Positions 51,771-62,068 of a DNA stretch of 64,000 bases are shown here, in pieces. A program made the translations under genes and the position numbers. The stretch spans positions 1,707-65,706 of the forward strand of contig CAYGZL010000052.1 in the NCBI GenBank assembly GCA_964354345.1, given 5' to 3'. The notes below the pieces were generated by a model, which was not told where the DNA came from, did no database searches, and saw nothing but the letters and a program-made list of their open reading frames with translations. The stretch's first letter is position 1. Each line of letters begins with the position of its first letter. The stretch comes from an uncultured Anaerolineaceae bacterium (lineage in GTDB: Bacteria; Chloroflexota; Anaerolineae; Anaerolineales; UBA4823).

Positions 51771-52043
51771 CTACTTGCGGCGGATACTCAAGCGATCTGT
51801 TAGCGCCATATAGCGCGGGAAATCTTTCCGCCGAATATAAGCTAATAAACGCCGGCGCTGACCTACTAACTTCAACAATCCCCGGCGAGAGGATTCATCA
51901 TGCGAGTTCACCCGCAAGTGATCAGTTAATTGGTTGATGCGGGTCGTTAAAATTGCTACCTGCACCTCCGGAGAACCGGTATCGCCCTGGTGACGAGCAA
52001 ACTCCTCGATCACCTTGCCTTTCGCTTCTTTATCAATCGCCAT
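51771..52043 (-). CDS. rpsO: 30S ribosomal protein S15
   Basis: 90 aa. [11 protein letters not shown] and [18 protein letters not shown] are typical of S15. Confidence 0.95.
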   Translation of the reverse strand: MAIDKEAKGKVIEEFARHQGDTGSPEVQVAILTTRINQLTDHLRVNSHDESSRRGLLKLVGQRRRLLAYIRRKDFPRYMALTDRLSIRRK

Positions 52044-52140
52044 GACGTCTGCAAACTCCTTTCAAATAATAACCAGGCAGGTCTCCATTCCAGCAGCCAG
52101 CAGCCTGCGCCAACCACCAGAGGGTCAAGTCAGTGGACGG

Positions 52141-52169
52141 ATTATACCAAAAAGCTACGTTCACGGCAA
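52141..52169 (-). promoter_or_regulatory. Candidate rpsO promoter
   Basis: On the minus strand, TTGCCG, a 17-nt spacer, then TATAAT. This predicts a leader of roughly 90 nt. Confidence 0.4.
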
Positions 52170-52353
52170 GCCTTACGAGTATCTTGTTGACCTTCCTAAC
52201 GACGCACGTTTACGAATCGCTAATGGTGTTCGAGTGTATGTTGTAATCGAGTATACTCCTGGTAACGGGTGGCGGTAGATGCTTAATGTTGGGCGGCTTG
52301 AACCACATCAGAGAATCCACTGAAACTCAACACCATTCACAGGTAAGGACATA

Positions 52354-52551
52354 ATGGACTTTTTCGAAACTATCAGGCAAAGAAGAAGCATCCGCTCCTA
52401 TACAAACGAAGAAGTGACTGAAGAAGAAATAAAGATCCTTCTAGAAGCGGCAATACGTCCACCCTCAGCCTGCAATCGTCAAACCTGGCGTTTCGTGATT
52501 GTCAGAAAACCAGAGACGATCGAGGTTCTATATAGAAATAAAATTATTTGA
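52354..52551 (+). pseudogene. N-terminal stub of a nitroreductase-family gene
   Basis: IRQRRSIRSYTNEEVTEEEIKILLEAAIRPPSACNRQTWRFVIV is a typical nitroreductase N-terminus. The ORF ends at 65 aa and the next gene starts on the following base. Confidence 0.65.
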
Positions 52552-53511
52552 ATGCACCTGTGGGCGACTTCGCATATGTCCCTCAAGAGCAAAGTCAATC
52601 AATCGCAAAATCAAATCCCGGCTGTTCGATTAGCAATTAATCCTCTTCGTATCCCCGTGGAACAGATTGTTTCTGAACACATCGGGCGGCAATGGGCAAT
52701 CATAGATGCCAGAGATATGACAGAGTTTGCCTGTCATCCCTGTGCCATCCTTTCGGATGGTGCCTATTCCGTATTTGCAAAATTTAGTGAAGCGGCGAAC
52801 GGATTAGAACAGTTCGAGATTGAGCTGGCAGGATTGCGGCTCCTTCGTGAACGTTCAGGCATCCTTACGCCCACACAAATCGGCATAATTCCGGTTATAG
52901 GTGGAAACATCCTGGTTCTTGAAACTGTCCGGGCTGTTGATAGAGCCCCTCGCCACTGGCGACAAATTGGACAAACGCTTGCCCGTATTCATAAAATCAA
53001 GTGGGATCGTTTCGGTTTAGAAACAAATGGCTACTTTGGGCCTCTTTACCAGGAGAACACCCCAATGAGCGACTGGCCAACATTCTATGCGGAACGCCGG
53101 CTTTGGCCAGGTTTGAGATTGGCGATTGATTCCGGTAATATGCCTCCTGGAGTAATCCGGCAAGTCGAAAAGCTCATTTCACGCCTTCCCGATCTTTGCG
53201 GCTCCGAAACAGTACCCTCGCTCCTGCATGGCGACGCTCAACAAAACAACTTCATCAGTACCGAGATGGGAGCGGTTGTTATAGATCCTGCCGTTTACTA
53301 CGGGAATCCAGAAATGGATCTTGCATTTATCGATTATTTCCAAACAGTGCCGGAGGATGTTTTTGATGGCTATCAGGATGAACTGCCCATTGATCCGGGA
53401 TTTAGGGAAAGGCGTGATCTGTGGCGCGTATGGGGGTACCTGGCAGCCGTAACAGTCGAGGGTCCCAGCTATTTAGGCAAGTTAATCGAGGCTGTTCAAA
53501 AGTATATATAG
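52552..53511 (+). CDS. Fructosamine kinase / phosphotransferase-family protein
   Basis: LLHGDAQQNNF catalytic loop and IDPAVYYGNPEMDLA, matching the FN3K/APH pattern. The true start may lie downstream of 52552. Confidence 0.75.
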   Translation: MHLWATSHMSLKSKVNQSQNQIPAVRLAINPLRIPVEQIVSEHIGRQWAIIDARDMTEFACHPCAILSDGAYSVFAKFSEAANGLEQFEIELAGLRLLRERSGILTPTQIGIIPVIGGNILVLETVRAVDRAPRHWRQIGQTLARIHKIKWDRFGLETNGYFGPLYQENTPMSDWPTFYAERRLWPGLRLAIDSGNMPPGVIRQVEKLISRLPDLCGSETVPSLLHGDAQQNNFISTEMGAVVIDPAVYYGNPEMDLAFIDYFQTVPEDVFDGYQDELPIDPGFRERRDLWRVWGYLAAVTVEGPSYLGKLIEAVQKYI

Positions 53512-53546
53512 CTCTCTTCTGGTATGGATCGGCTGGTAGATTGGAC

Positions 53547-53971
53547 ATGGAACAATTTATGAAAACCATTATATTACGCCCGGTCAAGCCGTAACGCGAT
53601 TTCGGGCAGCTCGCAGCCTGGTGTTCAATCCTTGAGGATGAGCCAACTTCAGAACCTGATCTCAGGGTAGATTACGTAGAGCATGGGGAGCGGATTGTCC
53701 GGTTGATTGTGGTTGAAAATGAACCGGGGGAACTGCTGGGATTTATTTGGGTCGTTCGCAGTCGTTTTGAAGCAAGCTGGGTTTATTTTTACCTGATTGT
53801 TAAGCCGGAGAAGCGTGGGCAAGGGGTTGGTCGCCGGTTGTATGACGATTTGGTGCAAGCCGTGGTCAAGACACAGCCACCGGCACCATGGCAGCGATGA
53901 GCGCCATTGACCGTAAGTTGGGTTATAAGCAGATGCCGGGATATTTCTCGATGGAGAAAATACTTGAATAA
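53547..53971 (+). pseudogene. GNAT acetyltransferase with an in-frame stop and a frameshift
   Basis: MKTIILRPVKP is followed by TAA (53592-53594). The same frame then continues through LIVVENEPGELLGFIWV..VKPEKRGQGVGRRLYDDL. The C-terminal AIDRKLGYKQMPGYFSMEKIL is in a different frame. Confidence 0.65.
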
Positions 53972-54377
53972 GACGGATGAGAGTTGGTCGACAACAAGCT
54001 TATACACGGTGGGTATTAATGAAAAGAAGATCGTTGAAGCAATCGAACGCATTCACGACCGTACCTACCAGAATATCCACAGTATTCTAATCGTGAAAGA
54101 TGGCATGCTCGCTTTCGAGCAATACTTCGATGGCTATGCATGGGACTACAACAGCGATCGATTTCGAGGAGAATTCACCCATTTTGGAATCGACACGCTT
54201 CAGAATCTGGCTTCAGTCACCAAAAATTTTACCTCTGTTCTGACGGGCTTTGCTATTGATTGCGGTTTCATCTCAGGAGTACAGGAAAAGGTATTTACAT
54301 TCTTCCCCGAGTATGCGGGTCTGACTCGAACTACGCGATTGGAAAAAATTGCACCGTATTTATATTTATTAGAATAA
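53907..54377 (+). pseudogene. N-terminal fragment of a serine hydrolase / beta-lactamase-family gene
   Basis: The SxxK motif LASVTKNFTSVLTG is preceded by ILIVKDGMLAFEQYF. Homology starts near 53990. The ORF ends after about 130 homologous residues, whereas the family is usually 350 aa or longer. Confidence 0.6.
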
Positions 54378-54465
54378 TAATTCTGCACCCTGGAATCGTC
54401 AAGTGACGCTCGTGTAACCTACCTCATAACCGCTTTGGTTTACCAATTAACTCATAATGAAATCC

Positions 54466-54496
54466 TTGACCTGGAGTCGACTCCAAGTGATAAACT
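54466..54496 (+). promoter_or_regulatory. MerR-type promoter/operator with a 19-nt spacer and internal palindrome
   Basis: TTGACC, a 19-nt spacer, then TAAACT. The spacer contains the perfect 14-bp palindrome TGGAGTCGACTCCA. Confidence 0.55.
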
Positions 54497-54511
54497 ATCA
54501 ATTAGAGGCAT

Positions 54512-55783
<1,272 letters not shown>

Positions 55784-55791
55784 GCAAGGCG

Positions 55792-56091
55792 ATGCATGAG
55801 GTGAAGATTTGGGTTGTCCGCCACGGCGACGACCTCTACATCCGATCAGTTTACGGGCACACCTCTGCCTGGTTCCGTGGCACTCAAATGCGCCACGAAG
55901 GCCACACCCAGGCTGGCGGCGTTGACAAAGACGTCAGTTTCGTGGACACCGATCCCGATATCAACGACCAGATCGACGCCGCTTACCACATAAAGTACCG
56001 CCGCTACGCGGCAGGCATTATCTGCACCATTGTGAGCCCTGAGGCACGCTCCGCGACTATCAAACTTGTGCCGCGCTCAATAAGCACTTAG
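55792..56091 (+). CDS. DUF2255-like protein, probably 5'-truncated
   Basis: VKIWVVRHGDDLYIRSVYG...WFRG...EARSATIKLVPR matches the DUF2255 pattern from about residue 30 onward. The ORF starts 9 nt after the AKR stop. Confidence 0.5.
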   Translation: MHEVKIWVVRHGDDLYIRSVYGHTSAWFRGTQMRHEGHTQAGGVDKDVSFVDTDPDINDQIDAAYHIKYRRYAAGIICTIVSPEARSATIKLVPRSIST

Positions 56092-56143
56092 TTCTTGAGT
56101 ACTCAACTAGACCCATAACACTGGAGAGAGAAGGTAAGAAAAT

Positions 56144-57148
56144 ATGAAAACCAAGCGTTTAGGACGCTCAGGCTTAAAGGTTTCAGAAATCTGTCTTGGT
56201 ACGATGACTTTTGGAAACCAATGTGATGAACCGACTTCACGCGCCATTATGGACAAAGCGTTCGACTGTGGGGTCACCTTCTTCGACACCGCGGATGTTT
56301 ATCCAATAGGCGGTACGGAGGAGAGCAAGGGCCGCACTGAAGAATATATCGGCAACTGGCTCATAGGGCGGCGCGAACAGATCGTGCTGGCGACCAAGTT
56401 CTTTGGACAGATGGGCGCGGGTCCCAATGATCTTGGCGGATCGCGCAAGCATATCTTCCAGGCGGTTGAGGCCAGCCTGCAGCGTTTGCAGACCGACTAT
56501 ATCGATCTGTATCAGATGCATTTTCCCGATTTTGACACACCGCTCGATGAGACGTTGAGGGCGCTGGATGACCTGGTTCATAGTGGCAAAGTGCGCTATA
56601 TCGGCTGCTCCAACTATCCCGCCTGGTTGCTGGTTAAAGCGTTGTGGATCAGCGATAAACTGGGACTGGCGCGCTTCGATTCTGTTCAGCCGCGCTACAA
56701 TGTTCTGTTCCGTCACATTGAAGCGGAACTCCTCCCACTGGCTCTGGATCAGGGGATCGGTGTGATTAGCTATAATCCGCTGGCAGGCGGGGTGCTCACC
56801 GGGCGCTATCAAGCCGGACAATCTGTCCAGGAGGGAACCCGCTTTGCACTTCAGAATGCCGGGCATCTCTATCGTGCTCGTTACTGGCAGGAGGCGCAAA
56901 TGCAGGCCGTGGACCAGCTCAAGCAGTTGTGTGATGAGCGCAAGGTGCCGATAACGCAGGTGGCTCTCGCCTGGGTGTTGAAGCAGCCAGCCATTTCCTC
57001 AGCTATCGTGGGCGCGAGTAAAGCTGAGCAGCTTGATCAATCGCTGCCCGCCGTTGATCTCATCCTCGATGAGCAACTCCTCGCAGCCTGCGATGATATC
57101 TGGTACCAGCTCCCCCGTGAGCACAACAAAGATATTGCTTTCCGCTAG
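56144..57148 (+). CDS. Aldo/keto reductase paralog 2 (intact)
   Basis: 334-aa uninterrupted ORF with LGRSGLKVSEICLGTMTFG, FFDTADVY and the later AKR blocks. Confidence 0.9.
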   Translation: MKTKRLGRSGLKVSEICLGTMTFGNQCDEPTSRAIMDKAFDCGVTFFDTADVYPIGGTEESKGRTEEYIGNWLIGRREQIVLATKFFGQMGAGPNDLGGSRKHIFQAVEASLQRLQTDYIDLYQMHFPDFDTPLDETLRALDDLVHSGKVRYIGCSNYPAWLLVKALWISDKLGLARFDSVQPRYNVLFRHIEAELLPLALDQGIGVISYNPLAGGVLTGRYQAGQSVQEGTRFALQNAGHLYRARYWQEAQMQAVDQLKQLCDERKVPITQVALAWVLKQPAISSAIVGASKAEQLDQSLPAVDLILDEQLLAACDDIWYQLPREHNKDIAFR

Positions 57149-57228
57149 CTCTGCCAGGAGAAGCCAATTTTAGAGAACCTTTTCAAATGGTCATCCGATT
57201 TCCAGGAATAACCCGGTAGGAGAAAACA

Positions 57229-58211
57229 ATGGAGTACGTTCGACTAGGATCAACAGGTATGAAGGTCTCGCGCATCTGCCTCGGTTGCATGGGATTCGGG
57301 GACGCGGAGCATTGGGTTCACAAATGGGTGCTCAACGAGGAAAACAGCCGGCCGATCATCAAGAAAGCCCTCGAGCTGGGGATCAATTTCTTCGATACGG
57401 CCAACGTCTATCCATTGGAAAGAGTGAGGAGATCCTCGGACGCGCTTTGAAGGACTTCGCGAATCGGGAGGAGGTCGTCATTGCCACCAAGGTACATGGC
57501 AAAATGCATGACGGACCAAATGGCTCCGGGCTGTCGCGCAAGGCGATCCTGAGCGAGATCGACAAAAGCCTGAAGCGGCTTGGGACGGATTACGTGGACC
57601 TCTACCAGATCCATCGCTGGGATTACCAAACCCCAATCGAGGAGACGATGGAAGCGCTGCATGACGTGGTGAAGGCCGGCAAGGCCCGATACATCGGTGC
57701 CTCCGCCATGTTCGCGTGGCAGTTCCAGAAGGGGCTGTATGTCGCTGAGAAGCATGAGTGGTCTCGCTTCGTCTCGATGCAAGATCATATGAACCTCATT
57801 TACCGCGAAGAGGAACGGGAGATGCTGCCGCTCTGCCGCGAGGAGAAGATCGGGGTGATCCCGTATAGTCCCCTCGCATCGGGAAGATTGACGCGTGACT
57901 GGTCGTCGGAAAGTACGCTTCGTTCCGAAACCGATCAAATCGCGAAATTCAAATACGATGCGACGGCCGAAACCGATCGACGGGTCGTGGAGCGGGTCGC
58001 GGAAATCGCGGAAAAGCATGGGGTTCCGCGCGTTCATATTACAATTGCCTGGCTGTTACAGAAGGAGCCGGTGATTGCGCCTATCGTGGGGGCAACGAAG
58101 ATCACGCATTTGGAAGATGCTATCGGCGCTCTGTCCGTTAAACTGACTCAGGAAGATATCGCATCCCTGGAAGAGCCGTATGTGCCGCATCGCATCGTTG
58201 GTCATCAGTAA
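57229..58211 (+). pseudogene. Aldo/keto reductase paralog 3, frameshifted
   Basis: MEYVRLGSTGMKVSRICLGCMGFG..INFFDTANVY is in one frame. IGKSEEILGRALKD and the rest are in another. The pattern fits loss of one T in GTCTAT(T)CCATTGG near 57408. Confidence 0.8.
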
Positions 58212-58273
58212 ATAATGTGACAACTATCAAATGAACGTATGCCGCGGACCGATTAATTAGGCCTTGTCCGAAG

Positions 58274-58519
58274 TTGAACGAAGACTTAACGATCGCGCAG
58301 CGGGTCAGCGATGTAGCCGAAGTCCGCGAATTACCCATGGCGCAGGTGGCTTTAGCCTGGTTACTCTTCAAACCGGTCGTCACAGCCCCAATTGTTGGCG
58401 CAACCAAGCCTCATCACCTGGATGATGCCGTTGCTGCTCTCTCTATTCAGCTCACCCCAGATGAGATCCACCATTTGGAAGAAGCCTATCAGCCACATCC
58501 TGTAATCGGTTTTTCGTAA
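58274..58519 (+). pseudogene. Aldo/keto reductase paralog 4, 3' remnant only
   Basis: VALAWLLFKPVVTAPIVGATKPHHLDDAVAALSIQLTPDEIHHLEEAY is paralogous to the last 80 aa of paralog 3. No upstream AKR sequence is present. Confidence 0.75.
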
Positions 58520-58686
58520 CTCGCCAAAACTGGCAGCGCTTTGGGCGGCTGTGAGAACCAGCTTCGATCCCATGTCAGGGCAACCTGACCGTTGGAAACG
58601 ATCAAGTTAATCCCTCTGCTCAAAACGCAAACCAGCCAGAAATCCCTGGATATCAAAAGGATTCTGACTGGTTTTGTCTAATATTT

Positions 58687-58733
58687 GTGCCCCCACGGGA
58701 GTACCGTACGTTAATTGGTCTTATTTGTGAAAG
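58687..58733. repeat. Copy A of a 47-nt direct repeat
   Basis: GTGCCCCCACGGGAGTACCGTACGTTAATTGGTCTTATTTGTGAAAG matches copy B at 39 of 47 positions by hand alignment, without gaps. Confidence 0.7.
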
Positions 58734-58748
58734 AGTGGAAGATCAATT

Positions 58749-60065
58749 TCACCTGGCGTCTCGTACCAGTCTCACATAGTTGTTGATCCGGATGGCGTCT
58801 CCTTGCGGCCCGAATCCATCTGGGTAATCCAACGGATCACCCGCCTTCGGATCGCTGCGTTGAGCGCCAGCGCCGTGGACATCCATCCAGATGCCGAACA
58901 TCTTGCCCATCGCCCGCCCGAAGGGGATGTATACCGCCTCACCACCGGCGTTCCTCGCTGCGCCGACGTGAGTCGTGGATGACCAGTAATAGCCATAGTC
59001 GTTCTGACCGGCTTCATTCGTGATTGGGGTGCATTTGAACACCGGGTCAAGCGCTGGCGAGTTCGTCACCGCGGGGGCGCGGGTGTAATCCACGATACTC
59101 TGCAATTCCTTGGCGTTCGGAAGGCGCCAGTCGTTGTGACCGAGATAGTTCTCTGCATTCTTTTCCTGAACCCAGGCCAGCGCATGCTCCCAGTCCATCA
59201 CGACGCCGCTGTCATCTTGAGACCACATCAGCCGGGTCGCCTCATCCGTCACTGTGCCGTCGCTGTTATCCTTGAACCTGTTGACGCCGTAGGCGGGGTT
59301 CCCCCGAACATAGAGCACATAAAAATTCGCCTCTGTCCACTGGCCGTAGGCGATCGCCGGCGGGTAACCCTTGATGCGGCCGTCTGCAAAGTTCACACCG
59401 AACATGGTTTGCAGCATAAGGAAGGTTTTACCCGCGTATTGGGTTGATGTGGCAAATTGAGCATCAATGATCCGCTCGCCCGAATCAATATCGCCGTAGC
59501 CAAACTTGAAGTAGCGCGTGTCAATGAACGGCGTCAGTTCAGATGTATCGGTGCTCTCCGGACGTGGATCCGTACCGTTGAAATTCATAAGCGAATACAG
59601 CTCTTTGATGGTGGGCAGTCGCCAGTCACTGTAACCGCCCACCGTCACGTTGCTCGTGCTCGCCACCGCCTCGGCTAGGGTGAGTTTGTCGGCCTCGTTT
59701 ATTGTGCCGTCGCCATTGAGATCAGGGGACTGAGTCCACATCAGCCCAGTGACCATATCGCTGATGGTTCCATCGCCATTGTCACGATAGCTGGGCGCGT
59801 TGCCAGTGAACTGAGCATCCTGACCGTAGAAAGATTCACCTTCAACCGGGGCGGTAATTTCCTCGCCGTTACTGTTCCAGAACGTGTTCTGACCTGTGTC
59901 GACGATGGGGTACGATCCCACTGTCGCCGGGGCGCACTCGACAGTCGACATCGTCACAACCCGGCTTTGGTAGACCACCCAAAGCGCAAGCACGCCGAGA
60001 ACGGCTACCAAGAACAGCCCCAAACCAATTTTTCCTGAAATACCCATTACTCGTTTCATAATCAT
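58749..60065 (-). CDS. DUF1566 (Lcl C-terminal domain) protein with N-terminal membrane anchor
   Basis: Two DUF1566-type blocks (YSDWRLPTIKELYSL and HNDWRLPNAKELQSI), plus an N-terminal hydrophobic segment. Confidence 0.8.
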   Translation of the reverse strand: MIMKRVMGISGKIGLGLFLVAVLGVLALWVVYQSRVVTMSTVECAPATVGSYPIVDTGQNTFWNSNGEEITAPVEGESFYGQDAQFTGNAPSYRDNGDGTISDMVTGLMWTQSPDLNGDGTINEADKLTLAEAVASTSNVTVGGYSDWRLPTIKELYSLMNFNGTDPRPESTDTSELTPFIDTRYFKFGYGDIDSGERIIDAQFATSTQYAGKTFLMLQTMFGVNFADGRIKGYPPAIAYGQWTEANFYVLYVRGNPAYGVNRFKDNSDGTVTDEATRLMWSQDDSGVVMDWEHALAWVQEKNAENYLGHNDWRLPNAKELQSIVDYTRAPAVTNSPALDPVFKCTPITNEAGQNDYGYYWSSTTHVGAARNAGGEAVYIPFGRAMGKMFGIWMDVHGAGAQRSDPKAGDPLDYPDGFGPQGDAIRINNYVRLVRDAR

Positions 60066-60127
60066 CTCCTTTGCAAGTCTAATTGAATATTGTTAAAAGC
60101 AACTCATGATTGAAAGGCTTTTATTTC

Positions 60128-60156
60128 TTGGAAAATTAAGCCAAACCTTGTATAAT
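60128..60156 (+). promoter_or_regulatory. Candidate tetR promoter
   Basis: TTGGAA, a 17-nt spacer, then TATAAT. Confidence 0.45.
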
Positions 60157-60189
60157 TGTAGACATAGAGTGCTATTGTACTAACGCCAG

Positions 60190-60208
60190 TAATAGACAGT
60201 GTCTATTA
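60190..60208. promoter_or_regulatory. 19-bp palindrome, candidate TetR operator
   Basis: TAATAGACA-G-TGTCTATTA lies between the candidate promoter and the tetR ATG. Confidence 0.5.
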
Positions 60209-60261
60209 TATTCGGGCGTGATGATTTGTCAACCCGATATAGAGGAACCGGTCAAGATAGG

Positions 60262-60924
60262 ATGAAACGATTGAACGAAGCAAAGGCAGACCCCAAAAAA
60301 GTTGATCGCCGAATCATGCGCACACGCCAGGCGCTGCGCACTGCGCTGATGCAGTTAATTCAGGAAAAAGGGTTCGATTCTATTTCTGTGGAAGAAATTA
60401 CGGATAAGGCAAACCTGGGACGCGCAACCTTTTATCTGCACTATAAGGATAAAGAAGACCTGCTGCTGGAAGAATTTCGGGATATTGCCAGGAACAGGGT
60501 ACAGATGCTTTCCGAGGCTCCGCTTTTAACCTGGAAATCGAAATTAGAAAGCCTGGGGCTCTCCGATAGTGACACACTCAGTATGCCCCTCTTCATGATT
60601 TTTGAACATGCCGCCCAAAATGCTGACTTATATCGAATCTTGCTGAAACACGAGGGTTCGCTGCAAATCAGGGCCCAACTCGGTGAGATTGCCATTCAAG
60701 CAATCTCTGAAATTTTCAAAAAAAATGAATCTCTGGCAAATGAGCATGGAGTACCAGTGGAATTGGTGGCCGCTTATTTCAATGGGGCACTGGAGCAAAG
60801 TTTAAAATGGTGGCTGGAACATGAAACTTCACTGGATCCAATTCGTATGACCAGAATTTTCCAACGATTGTTTTTTCAAGGTTTTATGAAAACTTTGGAA
60901 GCAGAAAAACCGAAATCCGGGTAA
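60262..60924 (+). CDS. TetR/AcrR-family transcriptional regulator
   Basis: RTRQALRTALMQLIQEKGFDSISVEEITDKANLGRATFYLHYKDKEDLL is a typical TetR HTH. The track start at 60199 is an upstream non-ATG (GTG) start and is rejected. Confidence 0.85.
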   Translation: MKRLNEAKADPKKVDRRIMRTRQALRTALMQLIQEKGFDSISVEEITDKANLGRATFYLHYKDKEDLLLEEFRDIARNRVQMLSEAPLLTWKSKLESLGLSDSDTLSMPLFMIFEHAAQNADLYRILLKHEGSLQIRAQLGEIAIQAISEIFKKNESLANEHGVPVELVAAYFNGALEQSLKWWLEHETSLDPIRMTRIFQRLFFQGFMKTLEAEKPKSG

Positions 60925-61007
60925 TTCGGCAGGTAACTGAAAGCGCTTTGCGCTCACAACAAACCATAGAAACATCTTTGACAAAGCACTAAAAAATAAG
61001 GAATGAT

Positions 61008-61828
61008 ATGAAATCGATCTCTTTATGTTGGATGGATGGTAAAACCGTTGCACTGACCACCAGTTGGGACGAGGGTGGGATTGCAGACCGCCAGCTCGTT
61101 ACTATTTTGAATAAACACGGTCTTAAGGGGACGTGGAATTTATGCAGCGGAAGATTGGGGATTGATCAAGGTCATTCTGGTTGGGACAATGTTATTGGTC
61201 CAGAGGAAGTCAGGCAGTTGTATTATGGTCATGAGGTCGCCTGCCACTCCGTAACCCATCCCTCTCTGGTAATGATGCCTGATAGCATCATCTTTTCCGA
61301 GGTGATCGAAGACCGGCGCAGGTTGGAAAACCTGACTGGATATCCTGTGAAAGGGATGGCCTTACCCTTTGGCTCACCGATCAACGTGTAATGGCGGTAT
61401 TGCGCCAGTGTGGAATCCTAAATGCCCGTGGGGTTGCGCCAAAACGGGATTTTCAACTGCCAGTGGATTTTCTTAATTGGCAGCCGACCTGCCATTTCAA
61501 GGATCATCTTGAAAGAAATTGGGATGAATTTGTTCGTATCAAATTTGAGGGGCCAAAGTTGTTCTATCTCTGGGGACACAGCTGGGAATTTGATAGTGAT
61601 CAGAACTGGGACTCCATCGAAAAATTCTCTGCAATTGCTGGAACAGATGGTGAGATCTGGCATGCTACCAATTAACAGATTTATGAATATGTAACAGCCT
61701 GGTATAACCTGATCACCACCATTGAAAAAACGGTTCTCTATAATCCTTCGAGCGTCAAACTATGGTTCCGTATGGATGGCGCGTTGAACTGCATCGAACC
61801 GTGTCAACTGGTCCAATTGGGCACATGA
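61008..61828 (+). pseudogene. Polysaccharide deacetylase (NodB-homology) gene with a frameshift and an in-frame stop
   Basis: ALTTSWDEGG..HEVACHSVTHPSL is in frame 0 up to 61391. It continues as DQRVMAVLRQCGI..LWGHSWEF..GEIWHATN in frame 2, then TAA (61673-61675), then in-frame QIYEYVTAWYNL up to the stop at 61828. Confidence 0.7.
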
Positions 61829-62026
61829 CCCTGGAATATTATTATTTGGATTAATCGCCCATGATGGCTCGCGTATTTGGGGGTCCTGATTGGCTTACGT
61901 TGGCACCGATTGCCGTCACCTAGCGCGTGCCGTCAGGCGTATGCGCATCCAACGGGAAGGAATACTAGATGCGCGCCTTATCGTAACACAGATCGACTTT
62001 GTTGATGAAACGGGGGGCGTAATAAA

Positions 62027-62063
62027 GAACTCCTGTCCTATTTCATGAATAGGACAGGAGTTC
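62027..62063 (-). terminator. Terminator hairpin downstream of the nucleotidyltransferase-fold gene
   Basis: Perfect 16-bp stem GAACTCCTGTCCTATT / AATAGGACAGGAGTTC with a 5-nt loop, followed on the minus strand by TTTATT. Confidence 0.6.
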
Positions 62064-62068
62064 GACCA

